A stretch of 64,000 bases of DNA from IMG/VR virus record IMGVR_UViG_3300025120_000023. One strand, written 5' to 3'. This DNA comes from an uncultured virus (IMG/VR IMGVR_UViG_3300025120_000023). Its lineage: Duplodnaviria > Heunggongvirae > Uroviricota > Caudoviricetes. The translations under genes and the position numbers were made by a program. Of this stretch, positions 1-9,035 are shown in pieces; the stretch's first letter is position 1; each line of letters starts with the position of its first letter. Under the pieces are notes generated by a model, which was given only the letters and a program-made list of their open reading frames with translations, did not search any database and was not told the origin of the DNA.

Positions 1-170
1 TCGGTAATGTTTACTTTTGGATAAGATCCCTTTGCAAATAAGTCTACTCCAAACTCTTGGGAAAATTGTGGGAAATTTGTTTGGATGATTTTGTCGAACA
101 TGCTGTCAAAAGCGTCGACGAAGTTTGATCTGTGGTTGTGGAATACAACCGGAGTTAATCTAGTTTTCAT
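1..170 (-). CDS. Small heat-shock protein (Hsp20/IbpA family), N-terminal part; runs off the window
   Basis: Hand translation from ATG at 170: MKTRLTPVVFHNHRSNFVDAFDSMFDKIIQTNFPQFSQEFGVDLFAKGSYPKVNIT. F-rich N-terminal arm then SYPKVNI, the typical start of the alpha-crystallin domain. Not in the ORF track. Confidence 0.8.
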   Translation of the reverse strand, partial: MKTRLTPVVFHNHRSNFVDAFDSMFDKIIQTNFPQFSQEFGVDLFAKGSYPKVNIT

Positions 171-261
171 TTTAGATAATTTTTAGTTAAACAATTAAAT
201 TAAAACAACCCATCTTGTGGCGTTGCTCTGACTATAAATAGTATGCTGTTTATGAAAACAG

Positions 262-810
262 TTATTTTATTCTGATAGTTATATCATGAGGTGCTTCTTC
301 ATCACCACCAAAGTAAGGGTATAGGTAGTATCTCTTATAAGCCTCGGAGCACTTTCGATCTACTACAACTTCAATGCCATCCACACCCAAGATGTAAGAA
401 TCTTCTGTGAACGTAATTGTACAGTAGTACGATGTGTTTAGTTCTATTGTTGTGATTCGTTCAAAGCTGAATTTGCTATCCTCTCTCTTATACCACAAGA
501 TCTCGAGACTGTCATTTAGCCATCTCCAACCAAATCGTATTGAGTTTTTTGAATGAGATGTTCCGCAGTCACTTAAACCATACAGCTTATTTACATCGTA
601 TTGATTGGTAGGGTCGTTTGTTGTGTATTGTGCTGATTCGTCGAATATAGCCTCAAAGCTTAGATAGTTGCTTTTAGTTGTGCAGTATGCTGTGTTGGAT
701 CGATGACGACCTTCTTTAATTGTGAATACTCTATAGCCGTTGGAATCTATTTTTTTGCATGATATAACACATAACATTAAAACTATGAAACTGAGGTTTT
801 TTATATTCAC
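262..810 (-). CDS. Predicted lipoprotein with beta-rich (lectin/ConA-like?) domain
   Basis: Hydrophobic N-terminus ending VISC-KKID (lipobox followed by a charged stretch); aromatic beta-rich body ending YPYFGG. Confidence 0.55.
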   Translation of the reverse strand: MNIKNLSFIVLMLCVISCKKIDSNGYRVFTIKEGRHRSNTAYCTTKSNYLSFEAIFDESAQYTTNDPTNQYDVNKLYGLSDCGTSHSKNSIRFGWRWLNDSLEILWYKREDSKFSFERITTIELNTSYYCTITFTEDSYILGVDGIEVVVDRKCSEAYKRYYLYPYFGGDEEAPHDITIRIK

Positions 811-1322
811 CTTTTTTCTTTTTTATCCCAAGAATGGATTGGCCATCGCCATCCTACATTAAGGATGTGTATATATTCACCTCTTCCCCAATATCCAGTA
901 CCCATCTCTAAACAAAAAGTAAAGAATCCTAAGTCTTTCATTTTGATATGATACTGAGCATAAAGCATACCTGGATTAAGTCTTACACCTAGAGTGATAC
1001 TGGCATTTTCTATACCTCCATGATCGTAGTAAGATCCCATACCAAATTTTGCAGTCCATATGTCTGGAAAAGAAACTCCTGCTGACATATCAATTAAACT
1101 ATAACCACCAAAATCAAACACATAGCCCACGCCTAGTGATTGAAATGTTAGATTGTCAATCTCCCAACCCTCTGTACTAAAGGTAGGAATAATTGGTTTT
1201 CCGCCTGAAACACCAATGCCGGTGTTTGCTTCAACGTATATTTGATTGTCCGGACGAAATACTCTAGTTTGTCCAAGGAGGATTGTAGGGATTAGTAGTA
1301 GTGCAAGTAATAGATGTCTCAT
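807..1322 (-). CDS. Secreted/outer-membrane beta-barrel-like protein
   Basis: Signal peptide MRHLLLALLLIPTILLG-Q; alternating G/aromatic beta strands; C-terminal NVGWRW. Confidence 0.5.
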   Translation of the reverse strand: MRHLLLALLLIPTILLGQTRVFRPDNQIYVEANTGIGVSGGKPIIPTFSTEGWEIDNLTFQSLGVGYVFDFGGYSLIDMSAGVSFPDIWTAKFGMGSYYDHGGIENASITLGVRLNPGMLYAQYHIKMKDLGFFTFCLEMGTGYWGRGEYIHILNVGWRWPIHSWDKKEKR

Positions 1323-1412
1323 GTAGTAAGTTAGTTGTAATAATCATAGTCATTGTAGTTCTCTATAACTTGTTACAATAAATAGTCTATATGAAACACC
1401 TAACACCTATTA

Positions 1413-3659
1413 TTACACGTGACCTTCTGCGAAATCTGTTGCTATATTTGGTTCTGCAATTAATCCAGTCTCAATTGAAACAGTATTCTCCATACAATCC
1501 TTTGTAATCTCACAAGCTTTCTCTGCATGCTCTGCTGATGCGTTTACTACAAATTCATCATGTATCTGTAGCATTATATAAGCATCGATGTTATGCTTTT
1601 GAAACTCTTCATGAATTCTAATGGCAGATCTGTTCATGATTGAAGCTGCAAGAGATTGGATCTGGAAGTTCTTAGCATTGTTAAGGCCGTTCTTATATTC
1701 CATTCTCAACTGCTGAAGCTCTTTCTCGTTACCAGCCTTGCGTGCATTCTCTTTCATGCCTTTGAATACCCACGGCTTGATCAAATTGTCTTCAAATTTC
1801 TCATAAATGTACTTGACTTTATCAAGATGTCTAATTCTACCAGTCTTGTTTACAATCTTACCTACCGTGTTTGCACGAAGGTGGGTATCATTCATCCACT
1901 TTGCTAACTCTGGAAAACCATCTAAGTATCCGTTGATCATTTTCTGAGCTTCTTTGATGTGGATGTTAAGTTGTTTACCAATCTGCCATGCACCAGCTCC
2001 ATAAGGAATAGCTAGTGCAATCGACTTAGCTCTCTGTCTAAGGTCAGGTCTGAGTTTCTTGAGATAGTTATCATCTGATTTGATAGCAGACATACCTTCA
2101 AGCTTCCATGCTTGTATTGCTACTCTACTATATAGATCTTCACCATTCTTGAATACGTTGATTAGTCCTGGATCATTGCTCACACTTGCAAACACTCTTG
2201 GCTCCAAACTACTCTGGTCACATATGACTAAACGTCTATCGTCTTCTGACTTAACAAACTTACGGACAATGTTATTGTACTTCAATACGAGTGGACTAGC
2301 CTCACCAGGTTCTAGGATTCTAGGTAACTGTTGGCTGTCGGAGCTGAATCGTCCACTCGTAGTTCCATGTTGTTTCACATAGAAGTAGTACCTTCCATCC
2401 TCAGATCGTTCTGTGAATCGATCAATGTAGGAAGATTTGATCTTGTTAAGTTTGTTGTAATCTTTCATCTTAGCAGCCCACTCATAATCCTTAGATATAT
2501 GGTCAACCAAGCCTTCGTTGAATTGATTATTACCTTTACGTGTTTTGCTTAACGGCTTTATTCTGAGATAGTCAAAGCATAATTCACCAAGTTGTTTCTT
2601 ACTACTGATGTTAATGAGTCCACCTTCTTTCTCTTTTAAGAGATCCAGACTAACTCTCATGCTGTCCATAGGATCCAGATGTTCAGTATCACCATCTGCA
2701 AGAAACTGATCAACACCATCTTCATTCTTCATCATGCCTCTATTCTTGTAGTCTAAAAGCTTCTTAGCAAAGTTACCTCTTTTCTTTGGTGGAAAGGATT
2801 CGTGAGCTCTTTCTAAAGCCCATCTCTTAGCTTCTGGTAGTTTCATCAAAGCATCTACAACTTCTTTCTCAAGTCTCGTAATGTCTTTTGTAATCTGACT
2901 ATCCATATCATTGATCAAATCCATATCAAGCATAGATCCTTTCTCTTCCATCTGAATAGTTACTGTACGATATAGAGGCATCACCTCATCTGTAAAGAAG
3001 AAGTCCCATAGGTTTTCCTCTTTTAGTAGTGGCAGATAGTGAGTCATTACACGTAATGTAAGATCGGTATCAGCTGCAGCATATTCTCCAATGATCTGCA
3101 TGTCAGCTTTGTATAATTCGTAGTTAGTCTTGGTAGTCTGACCTCCATTGGCTTTTATAGATTCTTTCAATTTGATCTGCTCTTCGTTAGCTTCCTTCTC
3201 AGCATCTATACCTAACTCGTTCTGAAGCTCTATTGCAATATCCTTCAAACCAAATGGACCATCTTCTTTAAGAGTGTGACGTAGTAGCATAGTATCACAA
3301 TAAAGTGAATCACGCAAATCTATACCATAGCAGTTTAGAGTATAGCGAACATCAAAAGATGCATTATGCATTACTAACTTCTTACCGACAAGCAGCTTGA
3401 TTAGCTTAACAGCAATATCCTCACACCTCTTACCTTCGATAGTAAGATTATCAATAGTTTGTGTGTCGTTGTTCCAAATCTTAGTTGGAAAATAGTAACC
3501 TTCATTGAGGTTAGCAGAAACAGAGAAACCTATGATATCTCCTTGTCGAGGATTAACACTGGTTGTCTCAGTATCATATGCAATTATGTTTCCTTGTGTG
3601 ATGTAGTTGGCTAGCTCTACTACACCAGCTGCATCTGTGATTATTTTGTAACTCTTCAT
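1413..3659 (-). CDS. polA: DNA polymerase family A with 3'-5' exonuclease
   Basis: ExoI DTET, ExoII HNASFD, ExoIII YAAAD; TTSGRFSS; motif A DQSSLEPR; motif B RQRAKSIALAIPYG; NFQIQ; motif C QIHDE. Confidence 0.95.
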   Translation of the reverse strand: MKSYKIITDAAGVVELANYITQGNIIAYDTETTSVNPRQGDIIGFSVSANLNEGYYFPTKIWNNDTQTIDNLTIEGKRCEDIAVKLIKLLVGKKLVMHNASFDVRYTLNCYGIDLRDSLYCDTMLLRHTLKEDGPFGLKDIAIELQNELGIDAEKEANEEQIKLKESIKANGGQTTKTNYELYKADMQIIGEYAAADTDLTLRVMTHYLPLLKEENLWDFFFTDEVMPLYRTVTIQMEEKGSMLDMDLINDMDSQITKDITRLEKEVVDALMKLPEAKRWALERAHESFPPKKRGNFAKKLLDYKNRGMMKNEDGVDQFLADGDTEHLDPMDSMRVSLDLLKEKEGGLINISSKKQLGELCFDYLRIKPLSKTRKGNNQFNEGLVDHISKDYEWAAKMKDYNKLNKIKSSYIDRFTERSEDGRYYFYVKQHGTTSGRFSSDSQQLPRILEPGEASPLVLKYNNIVRKFVKSEDDRRLVICDQSSLEPRVFASVSNDPGLINVFKNGEDLYSRVAIQAWKLEGMSAIKSDDNYLKKLRPDLRQRAKSIALAIPYGAGAWQIGKQLNIHIKEAQKMINGYLDGFPELAKWMNDTHLRANTVGKIVNKTGRIRHLDKVKYIYEKFEDNLIKPWVFKGMKENARKAGNEKELQQLRMEYKNGLNNAKNFQIQSLAASIMNRSAIRIHEEFQKHNIDAYIMLQIHDEFVVNASAEHAEKACEITKDCMENTVSIETGLIAEPNIATDFAEGHV

Positions 3660-3691
3660 ACGCTTAATATACGTTTTTTATTTCGATTTTC

Positions 3692-3856
3692 CTAATCATC
3701 TTTGTTTTGGTTTGTATATAATTCCACTAAAGTTAGTGCAATGGCTAATAACACCACAGTCTCAAACCCAAGTTCACTTTTCATAAGGTGAAACCCTGCG
3801 AACACCATTAGAATATTTATTACTCTTACTATTATATCTATTATCCTATCACTCAT
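3692..3856 (-). CDS. Small membrane protein (54 aa)
   Basis: Hand translation MSDRIIDIIVRVINILMVFAGFHLMKSELGFETVVLLAIALTLVELYTNQNKDD; two hydrophobic segments; fills the gap between neighbours. Confidence 0.6.
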   Translation of the reverse strand: MSDRIIDIIVRVINILMVFAGFHLMKSELGFETVVLLAIALTLVELYTNQNKDD

Positions 3857-3866
3857 CTTCTTTTTG

Positions 3867-3971
3867 TTAGTTTAAAAAAATCATTAATAATGTGACAAAT
3901 ACAATTGCTAGTAGCAAGGCTTTAGGGTTTACATGTGCATTTTCAGGATCTCCAATTCTGTCATCAAACAT
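3867..3971 (-). CDS. Small membrane peptide (34 aa)
   Basis: Hand translation MFDDRIGDPENAHVNPKALLLAIVFVTLLMIFLN. Confidence 0.5.
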   Translation of the reverse strand: MFDDRIGDPENAHVNPKALLLAIVFVTLLMIFLN

Positions 3972-3979
3972 CTTATTCC

Positions 3980-4201
3980 TTATTTATCCATGAACCGAAG
4001 CTCCGTTTTATAAATGGTACTATCTTCTATTTTTTTGTCTATAGCTCTGACAGTTCTTCCTATGTCTATTAAGTCATTGGTTATATGATGTTGTCTTTTA
4101 TTAAGATCTTCCCAATGGTATTCTTGATCCCATTTTATAAGGACAAGAATAATAAGATTTATTAGTGATATTCCAGTTATTATTAATATTGCTGTAATCA
4201 T
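3980..4201 (-). CDS. Small membrane protein
   Basis: N-terminal hydrophobic helix; operon packing. Confidence 0.6.
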   Translation of the reverse strand: MITAILIITGISLINLIILVLIKWDQEYHWEDLNKRQHHITNDLIDIGRTVRAIDKKIEDSTIYKTELRFMDK

Positions 4202-4217
4202 TTTATTTGTTTTTGGT

Positions 4218-4427
4218 TTAATATAATTCTCCGTGTAATTTTTTTTCTAATTCTTTTGTGAGAAGCTCCTCTGTAAAATAAATTAAAAGTGCAATTCTAA
4301 ATCCGAAACGAAATGAATTTACAATACTGAAAGGTTCGTTGTATGTTTCATATATTAATCCTGGAAGGAAAACTATTGCGGTGATTTGTACTAATTTCAG
4401 TAAAATGTATTCTATTTTATTTTTCAT
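4218..4427 (-). CDS. Small membrane protein
   Basis: Two hydrophobic segments; operon packing. Confidence 0.55.
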   Translation of the reverse strand: MKNKIEYILLKLVQITAIVFLPGLIYETYNEPFSIVNSFRFGFRIALLIYFTEELLTKELEKKLHGELY

Positions 4428-4445
4428 TTCTTTTCGTTTACCATA

Positions 4446-4673
4446 TTACAAATTAAATTTATCTAACTCCATCTTAGCTCTTTGGAGTGCTAGGTTATAC
4501 TCATCAGATGATACCATCTTTGCTCCATAATAACCAGTCGTTACAATCTCACTATTATCAAACTTCTGTGCCATTAACGCTCTAGCATCTAGTTTATTAT
4601 CTGCTTTTACATAACCAAGTATATCTTCTGGTCTACCATAATCATCTGTACTATACACTTTATAAATCTCCAT
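4446..4673 (-). CDS. Hypothetical early protein
   Basis: ORF in early island, tight spacing. Confidence 0.65.
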   Translation of the reverse strand: MEIYKVYSTDDYGRPEDILGYVKADNKLDARALMAQKFDNSEIVTTGYYGAKMVSSDEYNLALQRAKMELDKFNL

Positions 4674-4678
4674 ATCTC

Positions 4679-5488
4679 TTATTTTTGGTAATCTGTAACG
4701 TAATCAACAATGTTTTCAACTCTTACTCGATCATAAGTGCAAGTGTGAGTCATACCTCTGAAGTCATTAGATGCTACTTCTATTGTGGCACTCTTACCGG
4801 AAGCAGATTTCTTTGTGATCTTGATGTGTGTAGGAGCCCAGATAGTTTTCTTGTAACCATATTCAAAAGTGTGAGCACCTTCTTTGATATCAACTCCAGT
4901 AGTTGTTAGTGTTTTGATCAAATTCTTTTGAGCTTTTTCTTCCTCTTCTTCTTTCAGTACTCGAATGTGCATCTCTAACTCATGAATCTCTTCTTGAAGA
5001 ATGTTATAAGTATTTTCGAAAAACATGAATGTATCAACCATTTTAGAAACCATCTCTTCTTTTGTGTCCTCTATACATTGAGCAACAAGACCGAAGAATG
5101 CAAGCTGTTTAAGATTGTCTCCGTTAGTAATCATATCTCCATTACCATAGCGACTGTGAATATTAAACTCAACTCCTAGCTCAAACTTACCTTCTTTTTT
5201 AGCTCTCCACTCAAGTAGGTTTTTAAATTTAACTTGATTCCAGTTGTTATTGTTGAAGGTAATTTCAAAAGGAATAAAAGGAGTCTCCGCCTTAGTATGG
5301 TAGGTTGTGTAACCTAACTCAGGTCTCACTGTAATATCATTGTCACCCATATTAAAGTAGACACCTTGTGGTTTGAAGAATTTCTCAATCATAGTTTCTT
5401 TAGCTACTCTCATAGCCTCCATATAAACTTTTGACTGCTTCTCTCTTAACTCGACGATTTGATTGTTAATTTTTTCGATTTTTTTCAT
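4679..5488 (-). CDS. Hypothetical early protein (coiled-coil segments)
   Basis: 269-aa ORF directly downstream of a repeated promoter. Confidence 0.75.
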   Translation of the reverse strand: MKKIEKINNQIVELREKQSKVYMEAMRVAKETMIEKFFKPQGVYFNMGDNDITVRPELGYTTYHTKAETPFIPFEITFNNNNWNQVKFKNLLEWRAKKEGKFELGVEFNIHSRYGNGDMITNGDNLKQLAFFGLVAQCIEDTKEEMVSKMVDTFMFFENTYNILQEEIHELEMHIRVLKEEEEEKAQKNLIKTLTTTGVDIKEGAHTFEYGYKKTIWAPTHIKITKKSASGKSATIEVASNDFRGMTHTCTYDRVRVENIVDYVTDYQK

Positions 5489-5489
5489 T

Positions 5490-5564
5490 TTGTGATTATT
5501 TGTTAGTATTAATTATCTTTCCCTTTACATAGTAAAGGTCAGGACTTTATTCCGTGTTTGCAAC
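5490..5564 (-). promoter_or_regulatory. Class 1 (putative early) promoter/leader repeat, copy a
   Basis: Sense GTTG-N18-CTGACCTTTACTATGTAAAG; near-identical to 46838-46909 and 47432-47487. Confidence 0.75.
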
Positions 5565-5570
5565 TTTTTT

Positions 5571-5942
5571 CTAATGTTTTTGAATTAAATTATCATAATG
5601 ATTAGCTACCCAACCATACTTTTCTATACTATCTTCATAGAATGAATCATCTCCATACATGAAATAAGCATCGGCTTGATCTAACCATCTCAATGCTGTC
5701 TCTTTATCAGCACCTAATGCCATAACATCTGCAATGGCTTTTTCCACAACTGCAGATTCTAATTCAGCTTCTCGCTCAGACTCTTCAAATAAATCATTAA
5801 CAAAATCTGTTAACTCTTGAAACGTGAAAGCTTCAAAGTTATAAGTACGAGGACGAAATCCATACACATCTTTGTATAGATCTGAGATCCACATTAAACA
5901 GTCGTTGAAGTCTTCTTGAGTTGTTATCTTGAAATTTTTCAT
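5571..5942 (-). CDS. Hypothetical early protein
   Basis: ISDLYKDVYGFRPR motif, acidic; has its own class 1 promoter. Confidence 0.75.
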   Translation of the reverse strand: MKNFKITTQEDFNDCLMWISDLYKDVYGFRPRTYNFEAFTFQELTDFVNDLFEESEREAELESAVVEKAIADVMALGADKETALRWLDQADAYFMYGDDSFYEDSIEKYGWVANHYDNLIQKH

Positions 5943-5956
5943 ATCTATCTCTTTTT

Positions 5957-5998
5957 CTTTACATTGTAAAGATCAGGACAAATATTCAATTATGCAAC
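5957..5998 (-). promoter_or_regulatory. Class 1 promoter repeat, copy b
   Basis: Sense GTTG-N18-CTGATCTTTACAATGTAAAG; matches 47920-47961. Confidence 0.75.
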
Positions 5999-6090
5999 GC
6001 TTTATAGGAAAAAAATTGAAAAAAAAATTTTACGTGGGATTATGATTTAGTGATGTTAAAGTTTAATCGCCTAGTTTTGCATTATCCAAA

Positions 6091-8061
6091 TTATTTTGTA
6101 GTATATGTAATAACATAAGTTGATTTTCCAGATGTAACAGTTAGTGTATTGTTGGTAAACTGTGCTGTGGTTGATAGAGTTTCTAGACCATTAGTTAATC
6201 TAAATGGTCCATTTGGAGATGTTTCTGCATCAGTTGCAGTAAGTGTAATGGTTGTTTTTGAAGCGTATTGTAAAGTTCTTGTTCCCAACTGAACCTTGTT
6301 AGTCATTGTTACAGTTTCTCCACCATTTTCCGTTAGTTGATATGTACCACTACTAGCTATGTGATGCGTATCAAAACTATTAATTTGAAATCTTCGAGCC
6401 GCATCTTTACTAGATATATTAGTCCATTGAGCTTCATTAGTAAAATCAGCAATATGTGCTGTTAATGTTTTCGAACCTCCCTGAGGAGTTATTGAATATT
6501 CATATCTACTTGTTGATGAATTATATGCTATTTCATAATTAGTACTTCCAAGCTTGCTACTCAGTGTAGCAGATGTAGATGTTTGATTTGCTGCTATTGA
6601 AGCTGTAAATGGTTGTATAGGTGCAGTTGCCCATTGTTTTCCATCATACTCTTGTAACGTATAACTACTTGCAGTTGGTAAATATTTTGCTTCGTCTTTT
6701 AATTCAGATGATAATACTTGGAATCCAGGATTAGCCAATGTTATTTCATACACTTTACCGGCTGATGCCGTAACTTGTGTTGCTATGATAGTTGGTGCTG
6801 CTTTTGGAAAAGTAGCTGCTACTGTTGGATTAAATGGTCCAGACTCATTGTTTAAGAATTGTCCTCTTCTTATTTCAGTTCCTACTACAAACATTTGACC
6901 TGGGGCTTCTTTAAATTCAAGCGTAACAACATCTTCACCTTTTTCTTGCATTGTGTAAGTCATTCCACCTAATTGAAAAAATTCACGAGAAGGTTTTTTA
7001 GATGTATTAGCATCTGTTTCATTTGCTTTGCCATCTTCTATTTGAGCTAAACTACTTTGTTGGGTTTCTATTAATTCAAATACAGGAACAAATCCAGCTG
7101 ATGCACCTTGTGCTAATCTATCTGCTTGTACAGCATAATCTTCTTTTACGCCTCTGTTAACTGCTTGGATTTGGGTCGTTAAGTAGTTAGCATTATATAA
7201 TTCAGATCTTGATAACTCACCTAATTGTTCACGTACACTGTTTAGTGATGATTTGATAGTTCGTCTAGCCGAGGTATCAAGACTACCAGTTGTTGTCCAA
7301 GCATTACCATCAGGAAGTTTAACTTTATCGAAAAGAGTTTCAGGATCAATTTCGGTTTTAGCTCCTCTTGTACTTTGTATTTGTCGAGCTATAGATTTAT
7401 ATCCTTCTACCTTTGCATTATTAGTTGTAAAGTTTGTAGAGTCTGCTCCTTTTACTGCACTACCTACCATCTCGGTAACACTCTCTAAATAGGTTGCTAT
7501 TGATTGAGCTGCTACTGCTGCTTGACTGTCAGCTAGTATGGATTCTGCTACGTAGTCTTTGTTGAGCATTACATCTTTATCTGCTACATCTAACTCTACT
7601 CCAAACAATGTGCTTGAGCTAACAAATAAAAGATCAATAGCTGTGTCAACAGTTAGGTTTGTATCTTCTTCTTTGAGGTGAAATGCTAATGTGGTTAATG
7701 GAGAAACTGTTGAGTATTCTGCAAAGCCTTTTAATTCACCAGTGAATGCTACTCCGGTAATTGCATCGGTTCCTCCAATCACTGTTATTTCTTCAGTTGG
7801 AATTCCAGGTAAGGTGAATCGACCAGCGTTGTCTGTTACAGCATTTCCGGTTCCTGGAGAAGATACGGTTGCTCCTGATAAGGGTCCATCAGATGCATTA
7901 CCACTAAATCCAACTCCTCCTGCAGCTCCGCCATACATGGCTTGGATTGCTTGAAGGTCAAGTAATTGTTTAGAGTTTTCTAAAAGGAATCTAGCCTTTT
8001 GTTCTCTAAGAGTTAGTTTTGTATTTTCTGGATTGCTTATAAATTGCTGCCATGTAATCAT
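6091..8061 (-). CDS. Putative virion surface/decoration protein, T/S/A-rich beta domains
   Basis: Late-type motif upstream; short helical N-terminus, Gly linker, then DGPLSGATV...TDNAGRF...VSPLTTL, resembling bacterial surface-protein domains. Confidence 0.5.
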   Translation of the reverse strand: MITWQQFISNPENTKLTLREQKARFLLENSKQLLDLQAIQAMYGGAAGGVGFSGNASDGPLSGATVSSPGTGNAVTDNAGRFTLPGIPTEEITVIGGTDAITGVAFTGELKGFAEYSTVSPLTTLAFHLKEEDTNLTVDTAIDLLFVSSSTLFGVELDVADKDVMLNKDYVAESILADSQAAVAAQSIATYLESVTEMVGSAVKGADSTNFTTNNAKVEGYKSIARQIQSTRGAKTEIDPETLFDKVKLPDGNAWTTTGSLDTSARRTIKSSLNSVREQLGELSRSELYNANYLTTQIQAVNRGVKEDYAVQADRLAQGASAGFVPVFELIETQQSSLAQIEDGKANETDANTSKKPSREFFQLGGMTYTMQEKGEDVVTLEFKEAPGQMFVVGTEIRRGQFLNNESGPFNPTVAATFPKAAPTIIATQVTASAGKVYEITLANPGFQVLSSELKDEAKYLPTASSYTLQEYDGKQWATAPIQPFTASIAANQTSTSATLSSKLGSTNYEIAYNSSTSRYEYSITPQGGSKTLTAHIADFTNEAQWTNISSKDAARRFQINSFDTHHIASSGTYQLTENGGETVTMTNKVQLGTRTLQYASKTTITLTATDAETSPNGPFRLTNGLETLSTTAQFTNNTLTVTSGKSTYVITYTTK

Positions 8062-8094
8062 ATGATCAAGTTCTTTCTTATAAATAGTCAGATG

Positions 8095-8172
8095 TTAATC
8101 TTCTTTGCCTAAATATTGTAAGCCAATAGCTAAAACAATAAGACATATAGCTGTTGGTATAAGTACATCCAT
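8095..8172 (-). CDS. 25-aa hydrophobic peptide
   Basis: MDVLIPTAICLIVLAIGLQYLGKED; ATG 4 nt downstream of a TATTTAT motif. Confidence 0.45.
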   Translation of the reverse strand: MDVLIPTAICLIVLAIGLQYLGKED

Positions 8173-8181
8173 GCATATAAA

Positions 8182-8214
8182 TAGAGCCTTATATTAGGAA
8201 AACATAAGGCTCTA
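8182..8214 (-). terminator. Hairpin ending the deazaguanine operon
   Basis: 11-bp inverted repeat TAGAGCCTTAT/ATAAGGCTCTA just after the stop at 8222. Confidence 0.65.
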
Positions 8215-8221
8215 GTTTGTG

Positions 8222-9034
8222 TTAAAGATCTGCTCGCAGCAGTTCTGGGATTCTGCATTGTAATCCTAAGAAAGCTATATTCTTTTCGATTAAGCTAAAG
8301 TCAATATCAGCAGGATTACTCAGATCAAACTCCTCCAAAAAGTTGTGAGGTGTTGGAGTTCTTGTCTCGTGATCCATACTAAAGTCTTGACCATGTACAG
8401 CTGCTAATACTGGATACACTGAATCTGTACTTCTCATCATCGCATGATCATAGTAAGCAAACTCAGTTGGATCTCCTTGGCCTAGACAATGAATAGGCTT
8501 CTTGAGTAAATCTTTCTTTTTGAGATAATCGTAACACGCATGACGTGCCTCTTTGATTCCTTGATCATCTTCAAAATCATCAAGCCATGCATTAGGTACT
8601 GCTATTTTTGATAAGCCAATTACCTTAACCCAATTCTTATCTATACCCCACTGATAAGCTTCAATCCAATCCTCTTTAGTTTGTCCTTGAGGACAGAAGA
8701 AGATATCGATATTGTCAGATAATCCTTCTGCATCCATTCTTGCTTTGAAGTTTGTTGCATTAGCAATTGTAGCTTGTTTGTCAAACAACACATCAGGTGC
8801 AATCACTTCATTTGGCATAAGCACTTTGCAGATACCAATCAACACATCTTCAGTAACTAATGCTCTTTCAGCTGCGCTATTGTCAAGTGTTATAAATTTA
8901 CCTTGCTCTTTTTGTTCGAGAATAAACTTTCTGTATTCTGGAAACTGTACCCATAAGTGTGCAAGAGCAAATATTCTATCTCCGAGCTTCATTGGCTCGA
9001 GGTTGCTTACAGGTGATATTACGTAATAATCCAT
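8222..9034 (-). CDS. TGT/DpdA-like TIM-barrel (7-deazaguanine transglycosylase family)
   Basis: Ordered TGT-like motifs LDNSA, APDV, PQG, IGLS, IHCLG, STDS; no Zn-binding CxCxxC; adjacent to folE. Confidence 0.75.
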   Translation of the reverse strand: MDYYVISPVSNLEPMKLGDRIFALAHLWVQFPEYRKFILEQKEQGKFITLDNSAAERALVTEDVLIGICKVLMPNEVIAPDVLFDKQATIANATNFKARMDAEGLSDNIDIFFCPQGQTKEDWIEAYQWGIDKNWVKVIGLSKIAVPNAWLDDFEDDQGIKEARHACYDYLKKKDLLKKPIHCLGQGDPTEFAYYDHAMMRSTDSVYPVLAAVHGQDFSMDHETRTPTPHNFLEEFDLSNPADIDFSLIEKNIAFLGLQCRIPELLRADL

Positions 9035-9035
9035 A

